Positions 28,064-38,221 of a stretch of 64,000 nt of DNA are shown piece by piece (the stretch's first letter is position 1; each line of letters opens with the position of its first letter). The notes beneath the pieces were generated by a model, which saw only the letters and a list, made by a program, of their open reading frames with translations, was not told where the DNA came from and did not search any database. The position numbers and the translations under genes were made by a program. This stretch comes from Candidatus Limnocylindria bacterium (GTDB taxonomy: Bacteria; Chloroflexota; Limnocylindria; Limnocylindrales; CSP1-4): the NCBI GenBank assembly GCA_035637675.1, contig DASPWU010000186.1:3840-67839 (forward strand). The letters run 5' to 3'.

Positions 28064-29242
28064 TCAGCTCGCGGCGAGAGCCGGCAACCCGGCGACGACT
28101 CCCGCGGGGTCACCGCGCCGCACCTCCCTGGCGCCGTCGTCGTAGATCGCCTCGATCGCCCGGACCATGAGCTGGATGCAGAATCGATCGTGGACCAGGT
28201 CATGGCCGGCCCGCGCCAGCATGTCGGCCAGCGGATGATCGCGGAGGAGCCGGACGATCGCGACCGCCAGCGCGTCGGGATCGCGAGGCGGCACGAGCAA
28301 GCCGGTCACGCCGTCCTGGATCATCTCCGGGATCCCTCCGACGTTCGACGCCACGACCGGGCGGGTAAGTGCCATCGCCTCGAGAATCGTCAGGCCCTGG
28401 GCCTCGCGATAGGACGGCAGAACCGCCACGTCCAGGGCCGCGGTCACGGCCGGGATGTCGTCGCGGCGCCCGGTGAAGACGACTCGATGGCCGATCCGCA
28501 GGTCGTTCGCCTGCCGCTCGAGGGCCTCGCGCTGGCTGCCTTCACCCACGATCAGCAGGTACGCCTCCGGGCAGGACCGCAGCACGGCCGGCCAGGCCTC
28601 GAGCAGCGTGGGATGGCCCTTCTCGGGCTCGAGCCGGGCGACGACGCCGACGATCTGCGCGTTCGGCAGCATGCCGTATTCCTCGCGCAGCGTGCAGCAC
28701 GGCTCCTGGTGCTCGTAGCGGTCCAGGTCGACGCCGTTGTGGATGAGGCTGACCGGCGCGAGGCCGGCACGCTCGTCGGCGATCTTGCGAACCATCGACT
28801 CCGAGACGGCGATGAGCCGATCCATGGCCGGGGTGAGAGCCCTGACGTTCGCGCGGTCCTCCGGGGACCGGACCCGAGACGAGTGGACCGTGGACACGAT
28901 GTACGGGCGACGACCAATCCGCTCGCCGGCGAGGAGCGCCGCGCGGGTCCCCACGATCTCGGCCCGGTACATGTGGTTGTGGACGATGTCGGCGCACGTC
29001 GCCGCGATGTACTCGGCGACGAGCTCGACGACGCGATCGTCATCCCTGTTCTCGATGACGAGGACGGGGACCCCGAGTCGAGCGATCTTGCGAGCGCCGC
29101 TGCCCGCCGAGAGCGCGATGACGCTGACGTCGTATCGCCCGCGATCGATCCGCGACACGAGGCCATAGACGTGCTCCTGGGCACCCCCGCTGGTGCCGGT
29201 CGCCAGGACCTCCACGACCCGAATGCGCGACGAGCCGGGCAT
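28064..29242 (-). CDS. GT4 family glycosyltransferase
   Basis: C-terminal GT4 retaining-GT motif EAQGLTILEAMALTRPVVASNVGGIPEMIQDGVTGLLVPP. Start taken at MPGSSRIRVV; the ORF extends to 29308. Confidence 0.85.
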   Translation of the reverse strand: MPGSSRIRVVEVLATGTSGGAQEHVYGLVSRIDRGRYDVSVIALSAGSGARKIARLGVPVLVIENRDDDRVVELVAEYIAATCADIVHNHMYRAEIVGTRAALLAGERIGRRPYIVSTVHSSRVRSPEDRANVRALTPAMDRLIAVSESMVRKIADERAGLAPVSLIHNGVDLDRYEHQEPCCTLREEYGMLPNAQIVGVVARLEPEKGHPTLLEAWPAVLRSCPEAYLLIVGEGSQREALERQANDLRIGHRVVFTGRRDDIPAVTAALDVAVLPSYREAQGLTILEAMALTRPVVASNVGGIPEMIQDGVTGLLVPPRDPDALAVAIVRLLRDHPLADMLARAGHDLVHDRFCIQLMVRAIEAIYDDGAREVRRGDPAGVVAGLPALAAS

Positions 29243-29309
29243 GGTCGTCCGGTCGACCGGATTGGAGCACGGATCGAAGCTTTGATCGAGGCTGGGTCGA
29301 AGGCTCATC

Positions 29310-30566
29310 TCACTGGCCGGTACGACGGACGAGGATGCGCTGGATCGGCTCGTCCACGGCTCCCCAATCGTACTTGTATGGTTCGTCGCCGCGCAGGAAA
29401 TCGAACCGCCGGCGGCCCAGTGCGATGGCCGCCTCCATGACGTGCGCGATCAGGACCACGCCGGGCGACAGGTCCCGGGCGTCCGGGTCCACGCCGGCGT
29501 TGTAGTAGTAGATCGTCTGACCGTCGTCGAGGTGGATGCCCGCGGCGATTCGCCGGCCGTCGACGGTGAGGAATCTGAGCCGCACCGTGCCGTGCGGTCC
29601 GAAGGACTCGAACAGGCGGCGGATGAACGTGCGGCTCGCGTCGCCGCCCGGATTGGCCGGGAACAGGCCGGCCTCGCCCCATTTTCGCTGGTGGAGCTGG
29701 ATGAACCAGTCCAGGTCGCGCAGCGGATCGGGTGATTCGTCCAGCCTGACTTCACCCCGCGACAGCGCCCGGCGGAGCTTGCGCCGGATCTCGTGGCGGG
29801 TCTTCTTGCCCAGCGTGTCGAGATACCCGTCGACGTCCACGCCCTCGGGCAGGGTCACGATCGGACAGACGTCCTCGCGCTCCCGGATCACATCCCAGCG
29901 GTTGGCCCGGGCAGCGGCCCCGAAGGCTTCGGCCAGTGCGTCCACGGCCGGGTCGGCGCACCGCAGCCGGCGGAGGTCGACGACGTCCCACGGCGCCGGA
30001 TGGGGATGGCCGGGCGCAGGGGTCCTGGCCAGATGGCCGACCATGGCTCGGGCCACCTCTGGCAGATCCGCCGGCGCGGCGAGAATCGTCGCGTAATCGG
30101 CGTGATACGAGGCGCCGAAAAAGATGGCCTTGGCGGTCGGCTCAACGGGCGTCAGGCCCCGGTCGTTGCCGTGCCGGAGGGTGGACCGGGTCTCCGCGTC
30201 GGATGGCTCCACCTCGTGACGATGCATCAGCGGCACGATCGCGATCGGCAGGGCGTCCGGCGCGGTCGAGCCCGCGTCGCTGACCACCAGTGTCTGGTCG
30301 TGGGCCGTCGCGCCGTAGCCGTCCCACCACGCCCGGTGGAATGCCCAGCGGCTGAACGGGGTGGCCGCCGGCGCTCGATCCACGAGGGCGTCCCAAGTCT
30401 CGCGCGGCACGTCGTCGAAGCGGCACTCCTGGACGACCAGCCGCCGGTCCGGCGCCCGGCGGGCTCGCGACGCGTCGCCGCGGCCAGAGGTGGCCTGTCC
30501 CCATCGGATCGCGGCCTCGGCCGCCGGGGGACAGGCGGGATCCGCCTCGATCACCTGGAACGTCAC
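29310..30566 (-). CDS. GNAT-fold acyl/acetyltransferase, CelD/BioF2-like (FemAB-type)
   Basis: C-terminal HLDDGQTIYYYNAGVDPDARDLSPGVVLIAHVMEAAIALGRRRFDFLRGDEPYKYDWGA is typical of the Acetyltransf_6 / cellulose-biosynthesis CelD-like family. GTG start chosen at VTFQVIE; the ORF extends to 30734. Confidence 0.65.
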   Translation of the reverse strand: MTFQVIEADPACPPAAEAAIRWGQATSGRGDASRARRAPDRRLVVQECRFDDVPRETWDALVDRAPAATPFSRWAFHRAWWDGYGATAHDQTLVVSDAGSTAPDALPIAIVPLMHRHEVEPSDAETRSTLRHGNDRGLTPVEPTAKAIFFGASYHADYATILAAPADLPEVARAMVGHLARTPAPGHPHPAPWDVVDLRRLRCADPAVDALAEAFGAAARANRWDVIREREDVCPIVTLPEGVDVDGYLDTLGKKTRHEIRRKLRRALSRGEVRLDESPDPLRDLDWFIQLHQRKWGEAGLFPANPGGDASRTFIRRLFESFGPHGTVRLRFLTVDGRRIAAGIHLDDGQTIYYYNAGVDPDARDLSPGVVLIAHVMEAAIALGRRRFDFLRGDEPYKYDWGAVDEPIQRILVRRTGQ

Positions 30567-30735
30567 GCCCGCGAGGATAGCACCGGCTCCCCGAGACAGT
30601 TGCTGACGCAACGGATGATGAGCGACCCGCGGCCTGGCGCACGGTACCGCGACACATGGGACCTCCGGGCCCCTCCCTCGTGCCGGAGCGGGCCTGTACC
30701 ATCGTCGGGCAGTCTCAGGAGGGTCTCGGTACATC

Positions 30736-31572
30736 GTGGGCGTGGTCAGGCGGCGAATCCTGGAGAACCTTCAGGCGGCACGCGTCATGGCGAGGCTGCG
30801 ACGACTGCCGTCCGGCTATTACGCGTGCGCAGCGATCGCCATCCTGCTCGCCATCGTGGTCGTCAACGCGATGGACCTCGCGACGGTGCGTCAGCAATGG
30901 GGCGAGGACTACCGGTTCTTCATGGCCATCGCCGAACGGTGGCGGACCGGTGCGAGCGTGTACCTGCCTCACCAGCTCGCGGGGCCGTATACCGAGCTGT
31001 CGGGACGGGACATGATCTATCCGCCAATCGCCCTGCTGCTGTTCGTGCCGCTCTCGTTCCTTCCCGCGCCCCTGTGGTGGATCATTCCGTTGGCAACGAT
31101 TGCCGCGGTGATCATCTGGTTCCGCCCCGAAGCCTGGACCTGGCCGGTCTTCGCTCTCGCGCTCTGGTACCCACGCGACGAGTCGATGATCATCTGGGGC
31201 AACACGGGCATGTGGATGGCCGCGCTGGTCGGCTTGGGCCTCGTTTGGGGCTGGCCAGCAGCCTTCGTGCTCCTCAAACCCAGCCTTGCGCCATTCCTCC
31301 TGGCCGGCATACGCAAGCCCCGCGCCCTGGTCGTCGGGCTCGTGCTGCTGGCTGCACTCAGCCTGACGATGGTGCCGCTGTGGGCGGACTTCATCACCGC
31401 GGTCAGGAACGCAGGCTCCAGCTGGCCGTCCGTCCTGTACTCGCTGCCGGACATTCCCCTCTTGCTCATACCCGCGCTCGCATGGATGGCGCGGACGCGT
31501 GGCAGGCGCCAGGTTTCGGTGACCAACCCGGACGCAATCGAGCGCGCCCAGGCGAGCCTGACGATGGCCTAG
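30736..31572 (+). CDS. Small DUF2029-core-like membrane protein (paralog of 34040..34864 and 42571..43380)
   Basis: Shared motifs YPP.ALLLF.P...LP..LWW.IPL...WYPRD.SMII.GNTGMW and LLKPSLAPF.LAG. Confidence 0.65.
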   Translation: MGVVRRRILENLQAARVMARLRRLPSGYYACAAIAILLAIVVVNAMDLATVRQQWGEDYRFFMAIAERWRTGASVYLPHQLAGPYTELSGRDMIYPPIALLLFVPLSFLPAPLWWIIPLATIAAVIIWFRPEAWTWPVFALALWYPRDESMIIWGNTGMWMAALVGLGLVWGWPAAFVLLKPSLAPFLLAGIRKPRALVVGLVLLAALSLTMVPLWADFITAVRNAGSSWPSVLYSLPDIPLLLIPALAWMARTRGRRQVSVTNPDAIERAQASLTMA

Positions 31573-33965
31573 GGCGCCGTGACCTGGCTCGGGTTGAGCC
31601 GCGGCGACTCGGGGCCGAGCGTGTGGCGGAGGAGGAAGTACTCCGGCAGCGGATGATCATCGGTGATGAGCGGGCCCTGGCCCGCAAACCGCGCAACCTG
31701 GTCGCCGCTCAGCCTGACGAGTCGGGGGATGCGGGCGGCCCACTCGTCCGCCGTGTCGTGGGGCGAGTCGTAGGCCGACGAGATGTCCTCCAGGACACCG
31801 GGTCGGGCCAGGATGCTCCGCACAGCCGCCTCGTCGAATGTCATGGGTCCGTCCGAGCCGAGCATGTAGAACCCGTAGCCGCCTGGCCCCTGCGCGACGA
31901 TGACGTTGGCGAAGACGTCGCGGAAGGTTCGGACGTGGGCCTTGAACTCGTCGAGGGTCTGGCCGTACGGCACCCACTGCATCATGACCCCGTCCGGATT
32001 GAGCCGGCCCCTGGCGGCCTGGTAGAACTCCAGGCTCGAGATCACCGAGACGCCCGAGCTCTCGTTGGGGGGCGGTGGGTCAACGACGACGATGTCGTAG
32101 AAGCGGTCGGTGAGCTCCACATGATTCCGGCCGTCGGCGATGATGACCCGCCCGTGCGGGTCGGACAGCACCTCTGCGGCATCGTCATAAAACGTCGAGA
32201 ACATGCCCGGGACCGAAGGTACGAGCTCCACCGCGTCGGTATACAGCCCGGCACGCAATGATGCCCGATACGCCGAACCCATCCCGAAGGCGATCGTCAG
32301 CGCGGTGGTCGAGGCCGGCCGGAGCATGAGCGGCAGGATGGGCATGAGCTTGGCGTCGACGGTCAGCAGGGTCATGGCCGTTCCGGTCACCCACAGCTGC
32401 TTGTAGCCACCGACCTGGCCGGCCTGGACAGACGCGATCTCATCCTCCCGGCTCGCCACGATCAGGCCTCCGGCCGCAGCGATGTTGCTGAAGATCGGAT
32501 CCCGGAAGACCCTCCCACCGAGGACCGCCGTGCCGATGAGGCTGGCGGTCACGAGACCCGTCGTTGCCGCGGCCATGCGCCGGATCCAGCTCGCGCCCGG
32601 GCCGAACAGGCCCAGCGCGATACCCACCGAGAGATTGACCACGATCAGCAGACCGATGGCCGCCGGAGATCCGATCGCGGGGATGACGACGAACGGAATG
32701 AGGAATGTTGCGACGATGGCCCCGAAGGTGTTCGCCGCCAGGAGCAGGCCCGCGTTCGTCGCGATCCTCCCCGTGGGATCGGCGACGAGCGAAGACGCCG
32801 CCGGGAACGTCAGGCCCATGACGAATGTGGCCGGCAGGACCACCAGCGCCACGGGTCCCAGGTAGCCGCTGAGCAGCTTGTCGAAGTGCGTCGTGAGCGG
32901 GAGGAGCTCGGTCACCCGCGCGCCGATGACGTTCGCCATCCCGTCGAGGACGAGCAGGGCAATCGCGATCTGGCCGAATGCCAGGAAACCCACGACGTTG
33001 CCGATCCGCCTGCGCAGCCAGGCATAGGTGAGCGCACCGGCGGCAAGCCCGATCAGGAACACGGCCAGGATCGTCGTGAACACGTAGGTCGAGTTGCCCG
33101 TCCCGCTGGCGAGCAGCCTGATCCACAGGACCTGGTAGCCGAGCGATGTGAGGCCGGAAAGGAAGGCCAGTCCGACGGCCAGACGAATCCTCGGCGGAGG
33201 CGGGAGCTCGTCGAGGCTCGTTGGCGAGCGCGCCGACGCGGACGGGAGCGGCACACGGCCGCGATCGAGTGCCAGTGCAACCAGGCCCGCCACGGCAGAG
33301 CACACCGCGCCGACGATGAGCGTGCCGGTCAGGCCGAGCAGCTCGATGAGGACGAACCCTGCCGCGATCGTCCCGACGATCGCCCCGATCGTGTTGGCGG
33401 CGTACAGCTTGCTGAACGACCCGCTCAACTCGGAGGAGTCGCGGCTCAGGTAGCGAGTGAGCGTCGGCAGCGTCGCACCCATGAGGACGGTCGCCGGACC
33501 CAGGGCCAGCAGGGACAGGCCGAAGCGGACGAGCGCCAGCAGGCCGGGAGAGCCTTCCAGGGTCCCGAACGCGCCGCGGTACACCTCGTGGAGCAGCCGG
33601 AATGTCACCGGCGTGGCGAGGACGACGACGACGAGCACCAGCTCGAGGAGTCCGTACATCCGCAGCGGGCGGCGCACCCGGTCGCCAACGCGCCCGCCGA
33701 TCGCGCTGCCGATCGCCATTCCGCCGAAGAAGCCGGTCAGGATGGCCGACACCGCCTGGGTCGTGTTGCCGAAGACGAGGACGAGCTGGCGTGCCCAGAC
33801 GACCTCGTACACGAGGCCCGCGGCGCCGGACAGGATGAAGATGCCGAGGATCGGCCAGCGTCGGGTCACAAGGAAGACTCCGGGGGAGCGAGTGCTGGAG
33901 CGGCAGAGCCTGCCCGAGCGGCTGCCGGAACGGCAGCCGGAGCGGCGCCGGAGCCATGATCTCAC
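31569..33965 (-). CDS. Fused polytopic-membrane / spermidine-synthase-like protein
   Basis: N-terminal about 480 aa of MFS-like TM helices (ILGIFILSGAAGLVYEVVWAR...). The C-terminus has the aminopropyltransferase fold: VDPPPPNESSGVSVISSLEFYQAARGRLNPDGVMMQW. Start uncertain (the N-terminus of the ORF is R/S-rich). Confidence 0.7.
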   Translation of the reverse strand: MRSWLRRRSGCRSGSRSGRLCRSSTRSPGVFLVTRRWPILGIFILSGAAGLVYEVVWARQLVLVFGNTTQAVSAILTGFFGGMAIGSAIGGRVGDRVRRPLRMYGLLELVLVVVVLATPVTFRLLHEVYRGAFGTLEGSPGLLALVRFGLSLLALGPATVLMGATLPTLTRYLSRDSSELSGSFSKLYAANTIGAIVGTIAAGFVLIELLGLTGTLIVGAVCSAVAGLVALALDRGRVPLPSASARSPTSLDELPPPPRIRLAVGLAFLSGLTSLGYQVLWIRLLASGTGNSTYVFTTILAVFLIGLAAGALTYAWLRRRIGNVVGFLAFGQIAIALLVLDGMANVIGARVTELLPLTTHFDKLLSGYLGPVALVVLPATFVMGLTFPAASSLVADPTGRIATNAGLLLAANTFGAIVATFLIPFVVIPAIGSPAAIGLLIVVNLSVGIALGLFGPGASWIRRMAAATTGLVTASLIGTAVLGGRVFRDPIFSNIAAAGGLIVASREDEIASVQAGQVGGYKQLWVTGTAMTLLTVDAKLMPILPLMLRPASTTALTIAFGMGSAYRASLRAGLYTDAVELVPSVPGMFSTFYDDAAEVLSDPHGRVIIADGRNHVELTDRFYDIVVVDPPPPNESSGVSVISSLEFYQAARGRLNPDGVMMQWVPYGQTLDEFKAHVRTFRDVFANVIVAQGPGGYGFYMLGSDGPMTFDEAAVRSILARPGVLEDISSAYDSPHDTADEWAARIPRLVRLSGDQVARFAGQGPLITDDHPLPEYFLLRHTLGPESPRLNPSQVTAP

Positions 33966-34039
33966 AGACCGTTACGGGCAGGACCACGGCAGCGAGGCCC
34001 GATGATGGGCGACGGGTGCTGTCTGGGGCGACGTGACTC

Positions 34040-34864
34040 TCAGCTCGCCCGGGATTGCTCTGGGTGTCGTCGACCGGCCCATGCCACGACGGGCAGGAAG
34101 ATGAGCGGGAGGTCCGGCAACGTGTACGGGATCGGTGACAGCCCCGACCCGTTCATCATGGCCGTCACGTAGTCGGGCCACAGCGGCAGGGTGACGGCTG
34201 ACGCGACAACCACCAGGCCGACTCCTGCCCACCAGGCTCGCCGCGGGAAGCCGGCCAGGGCGAACGGCGCCAAGGTCGGTTTCATGAGGATCAGCGGCCC
34301 ACCCCAGCCCCACAGGAGGCCAGCGGCAACGAAGGCCGAAATCCACATCCCGGTGCTCCCGAGGATGACCATCGACATGTCGCGTGGCCACCACAGCGCG
34401 AAGGCGAGAAGCGGCCAGGCCCACATCGCCGGCCGCCAGCGCCAGATCGCGTACCCGATGATCCCGAGCGGGATCGCCCACCACAAGACCGCTGGCAGAA
34501 CCAGGAAGGGCACGAAGAGGAAGAGCGCGGTCGGCGGGTAGAGCGTATCCACACCGATTGACATCACATAGGGCCCCGTGAGCTGGTGCTCGAGGTAGAA
34601 CCCCTGGCCATCGACGAACCGATGGCCTGCCCGCATGAAGAAGTCGTAATCGACGGCGAGGGTGGCGTTCAAGTTCGCCGGCAGGCTCACCAAGATCCCA
34701 ACCGAGGCGACCGACAGCACGAGGAATACGCCCGTGGAGGCGAGCAGGAGCACGCGAACAGGCGCCGCCGGCACTCGGTCACCCGTGAATCGGCCCCACC
34801 GCTGCCATCGCGGAGCGTCCAATGCTCTCGCCCAGGCGAGGATCGACCGAACGTATGTCGTCAC
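34040..34864 (-). CDS. Small DUF2029-core-like membrane protein (paralog of 30736 and 42571)
   Basis: LYPPTALFLFVPFLVLPAVLWWAIPL...WWPRDMSMVILGSTGMW...LMKPTLAPFALAG. Confidence 0.65.
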   Translation of the reverse strand: MTTYVRSILAWARALDAPRWQRWGRFTGDRVPAAPVRVLLLASTGVFLVLSVASVGILVSLPANLNATLAVDYDFFMRAGHRFVDGQGFYLEHQLTGPYVMSIGVDTLYPPTALFLFVPFLVLPAVLWWAIPLGIIGYAIWRWRPAMWAWPLLAFALWWPRDMSMVILGSTGMWISAFVAAGLLWGWGGPLILMKPTLAPFALAGFPRRAWWAGVGLVVVASAVTLPLWPDYVTAMMNGSGLSPIPYTLPDLPLIFLPVVAWAGRRHPEQSRAS

Positions 34865-34900
34865 GTGATCACGTTTCCGTAAGCCTGCGATTGAAGCCGC

Positions 34901-36958
34901 TCATGCGGCGGGCTCGCTCACGGCGCCAGGGACGGCCGCACGATCGGCGACGCCCTCGATCACCAGGTCCCGGTCGGCAAGCACCCGCCAGCGCCTGGCG
35001 AAGAGGAACGCCAGGCCGTATAGCCCGGCCACGACGAGCAGCAGCGCCTGGTAGCCGGTGATGAGGGCCAGGTACTCGACGGCGCCGCCCAGCATTGCCC
35101 CCAGCAGGTTGCTCGCAAAGGCCATGTCCGCCGTGCGGGTGTCGCGGAAGCTGTGGCTGAACACGAGATTGGCGAAGAAAACCGGGGCGAACGTCAGGCC
35201 CGCGGCCAGGACATAGCGCAGCCAGGCAGGCTCGATGAGGAGCGACGTCGGCGGCAGGAGGTAGCTCAGCGCGATCGCCCCGAACAGCGCGAGGTAGAGC
35301 GGCCGCGCGTCGCGGAACCGGAACCGGGCATTGATGCCGATGGCCAGGAGGACGCTGGCCAGGATCGCGAAGAACACGAGCGAGTTGACGATCCAGGTGC
35401 TGCCGAACAGCAGGCTGAAGGTCACGAGGCTGCGGGTCTCGAGCAGGAGGAACGCGACGCCGAGCACGAAGAAATGGGGGCTGAACCGGCGGAACGAGGT
35501 GCCGCCGCGGCGTGCGCCCCGTGCGACGAGCAAACCGGCCCACAGGAGCACCAGACCGAGCGCGATGATGTAGTGCGGCGCGATGATCGGCTCCCGCAGG
35601 TACAGGAACGGCCAGTCGTCCGTCGCCGGGCGCGGCGCGGTCGCCGTGTCGATGGCGTCGATCCGGTCGCCCGGGGGCGCGGCGCCGGCCAGGGACGCCA
35701 CGAGGGGACCGTCGGCCAGGGTCGCCGCCGACATGCCGAATTCCGGGTACAGGCGCACGATCGGGCTCGTGCCGAAGCTCTGCTCCAGCATGCCGGCCAT
35801 CTTCTGGACGAGCCAGGGCTCGCGGTAGAAGTTGTAGAGGACGAAGATGCCGTTCGGGGCGAGGTGCTCGCGGACCCCGTCGAAGGCCTGCTTCGTGAAC
35901 AGGAATGATTCGAGCCGGATGTTGGCCGAGGTGCTGACGAGGGTGAGCGAGTCGGGCAGCGCGAAGACGACCAGGTCGTAGCTGCCCGTGGCGTTGCGCA
36001 GGAAAGCACGGCCGTCGTCCACATAGCGATGGACGCGCGGGTCGTCGTACGGTCGATCGGGGTGGTCGCGGACCCCGATCGCCTGGATCTGCGGGTCGAT
36101 TTCGACGGCGTCGATCGAGCCCGCCCCGTTGGCCAGGTTGAGCGCCGTATCCGTGCCGCTTCCGGCGCCGATGATCAGCACCCGGTCGTAGGTCCGCTCC
36201 GGGAACCAGCGGTAGACCTGCTGGTAGAACGACCGGCGGGCCGTCTCCGCCGGGATCATCCCCTGGTGGGGAATGCCGTTGACGTCGAGAGCCTGCACGC
36301 CACCGCTGCTGTACTCGGAGATTCGATAGTAGGGCGACCACACGTCGCCTCGCTGGGCGGCCACGATGGAGAGCCCGATCACCCCGGCCATCGCCAGCGC
36401 CGAGACAGCGGACCAGCGGGTCAGGCCGACGCCCAGGCCGCCGAGCGACAGGAGCAAGGCGACGATCGCGAACCAGACGACGGGCCCGGAGCCGGCCGCG
36501 GACAGCACGGTGAACGCAGCGATCCCGACCATGGACCCCGCGATGTCGATGGCGTAGGCGCGCAAGGGCGGCATCGCCGTGAGCAGGCCGCCGAGGGGCA
36601 CGGCCAGGCCGGCCATGACCACCGTGACGAGGACCACGATGAACGGCAGGAGCAGGTAGTTGGCGTTGGCTGACTGGCTGTTCTGGGGCCCGAAGAAGAT
36701 CTCGTCCGGCGAGCCGACCTGGACGTTGAGCTGCGCCCGGGTGACGAGCAGGACGACCGCGAAGAGGAGCGGCGCGAAGGGCGAGACCGGGATTCGGCGC
36801 GCGTCACGACCGAACAGGATCCCGGCACCAATCCCGAGGAAGCTCGCCATCAGCAGGAAGTTGCTGAAGTAGCCGACATACACGACGTTCGCCGGGATCC
36901 AGCGGATGAGCAGCAGCTCGACGAAGAGGATCGTCGCGCTGGTGAGGAAGAGGCGCAT
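34901..36958 (-). CDS. Membrane / spermidine-synthase-like / membrane fusion protein
   Basis: Starts MRLFLTSATILFVELLLIRW. Central soluble domain VLIIGAGSGTDTALNLANGAGSIDAVEIDPQI...YDLVVFALPDS...LAPNGIFVL (SAM/dcSAM-binding Rossmann), flanked by TM segments. The 981-aa table ORF includes about 290 aa of spurious R/P-rich upstream readthrough. Confidence 0.7.
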   Translation of the reverse strand: MRLFLTSATILFVELLLIRWIPANVVYVGYFSNFLLMASFLGIGAGILFGRDARRIPVSPFAPLLFAVVLLVTRAQLNVQVGSPDEIFFGPQNSQSANANYLLLPFIVVLVTVVMAGLAVPLGGLLTAMPPLRAYAIDIAGSMVGIAAFTVLSAAGSGPVVWFAIVALLLSLGGLGVGLTRWSAVSALAMAGVIGLSIVAAQRGDVWSPYYRISEYSSGGVQALDVNGIPHQGMIPAETARRSFYQQVYRWFPERTYDRVLIIGAGSGTDTALNLANGAGSIDAVEIDPQIQAIGVRDHPDRPYDDPRVHRYVDDGRAFLRNATGSYDLVVFALPDSLTLVSTSANIRLESFLFTKQAFDGVREHLAPNGIFVLYNFYREPWLVQKMAGMLEQSFGTSPIVRLYPEFGMSAATLADGPLVASLAGAAPPGDRIDAIDTATAPRPATDDWPFLYLREPIIAPHYIIALGLVLLWAGLLVARGARRGGTSFRRFSPHFFVLGVAFLLLETRSLVTFSLLFGSTWIVNSLVFFAILASVLLAIGINARFRFRDARPLYLALFGAIALSYLLPPTSLLIEPAWLRYVLAAGLTFAPVFFANLVFSHSFRDTRTADMAFASNLLGAMLGGAVEYLALITGYQALLLVVAGLYGLAFLFARRWRVLADRDLVIEGVADRAAVPGAVSEPAA

Positions 36959-37035
36959 GGCAGGGCCGGCCAGGACGGCTACGGGTGGGACGAGGTGGGG
37001 GGCAGAGGCGGCGCCGGTTGCGGGCTGAACGCGGG

Positions 37036-38214
37036 TCACGGGACGTAATACCCCCCAAACATGAGGATGGCGAAGGTGGTCATGAGGCCGACCGAGGCAA
37101 TCGGCCAGACTCGCCGGAACCAGCCAGTTCGGCGGCCGGCCAGGATCCAGGCGTACGGAAACGCGAGCATGGCGATCCGCCCGATCGCCTCCAGGAGGCC
37201 GGACGAGAGCGCCAGGCCCACCGTCAGCACCGGCAGCAGCGCGTACGCCACCGGGATGCGGTCGCTCCGCAGGTAGACGAGCAGGAAGATGGCGACGGCC
37301 AGGACCGCGAGCAGCGCCGCCTGGTACGGCGTGAACAGCTGACCGAGGCTCTCGCCGTTCGCGGCGGCGGTCACGGCGCCCGTGCGGCCCCAGCCGACCT
37401 GGGCGTCGAGATACCCGCTGGAGCGGCCGGTGAGCGACGCCACGAACAGCAGGAAGGCGCCGGAGGCCGCCGGGCCCAGCGCCAGCCAGGCCTGGGAGGG
37501 CCGCGGCCGCCAGCCATCCCGAAGGAGCAGGATGATGGCGAGCGGCACGATCATCAGGACGCCCTGGAGCCGGCACAGGCAGGCGAGGGCGAACAGGACG
37601 CCGGCCAGCGGCCGGCGGTCGCGCTCCGCAGCGAGGAACGCGCCGAGAGCCAGGGCCAGGAAGAGGCTCTCCGTGTAGGCCATCGAGAACACCGCGGCGA
37701 ACGGGAAGATCGCCAGGTAGATCGCGCCGAGGCGAGCCCGCCGGCGGCCGACGACCTGGTCGCCGAGCCGGACGAAGAGCCCGAGGGCAACGAGGAACGC
37801 CGCGTTGCTGACGACGACCGCGGTCAGGCCGGCGAATGCGGGCCACGGCGCCGACAGGATGCGGACGAGCAGCGGGTAGAGCGGCAGGAACGCGTAGTCG
37901 TGGTAGCTGCCGGTGACCGCGGCCGCGTGATAGCCGTCGCGGACGATGCCCAGGTAGAACCAGCCGTCCCAGCTCGTCAGGCTGCGCAGGACCGGCGCGC
38001 CGTCGCCGCTGGTCAGGCTCGGGTTCCGAATGATGAGCGTCTCGGCGACGAGCGCGGCGAGGACGACGAGGAGGCGCGACGCGACGAAGACGGCTACCAG
38101 CGAGCGGTCGAGGGCGACCGCCTCGCGGAGGCCGTCGGCCAGGCGACGCAGGCTCGGCCCGAGGGCCGCGAGTCGCGGTTGGACGGTCGTTCTGGCCCGA
38201 AGATTCGCGCTCAC
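37036..38214 (-). CDS. GT-C membrane mannosyltransferase, PIG-V-like
   Basis: SWDGWFYLGIVRDGY motif resembles the PIG-V/GPI-mannosyltransferase-2 family; polytopic. Confidence 0.5.
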   Translation of the reverse strand: MSANLRARTTVQPRLAALGPSLRRLADGLREAVALDRSLVAVFVASRLLVVLAALVAETLIIRNPSLTSGDGAPVLRSLTSWDGWFYLGIVRDGYHAAAVTGSYHDYAFLPLYPLLVRILSAPWPAFAGLTAVVVSNAAFLVALGLFVRLGDQVVGRRRARLGAIYLAIFPFAAVFSMAYTESLFLALALGAFLAAERDRRPLAGVLFALACLCRLQGVLMIVPLAIILLLRDGWRPRPSQAWLALGPAASGAFLLFVASLTGRSSGYLDAQVGWGRTGAVTAAANGESLGQLFTPYQAALLAVLAVAIFLLVYLRSDRIPVAYALLPVLTVGLALSSGLLEAIGRIAMLAFPYAWILAGRRTGWFRRVWPIASVGLMTTFAILMFGGYYVP

Positions 38215-38221
38215 CGGGCGA

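Noticed and set aside
32440-33987. 515-aa minus-strand ORF (and 32886..33959 +)
   Set aside because: Alternative frames over the fused membrane/SpeE-like gene. The real frame shows TM helices and SpeE motifs; these do not.
36959-37846. Upstream 290 codons of the 981-aa ORF 34901..37846
   Set aside because: R/P/G-rich readthrough that overlaps the PIG-V-like gene region on the same strand but in a different frame. The protein starts at MRLFLTS (36958).
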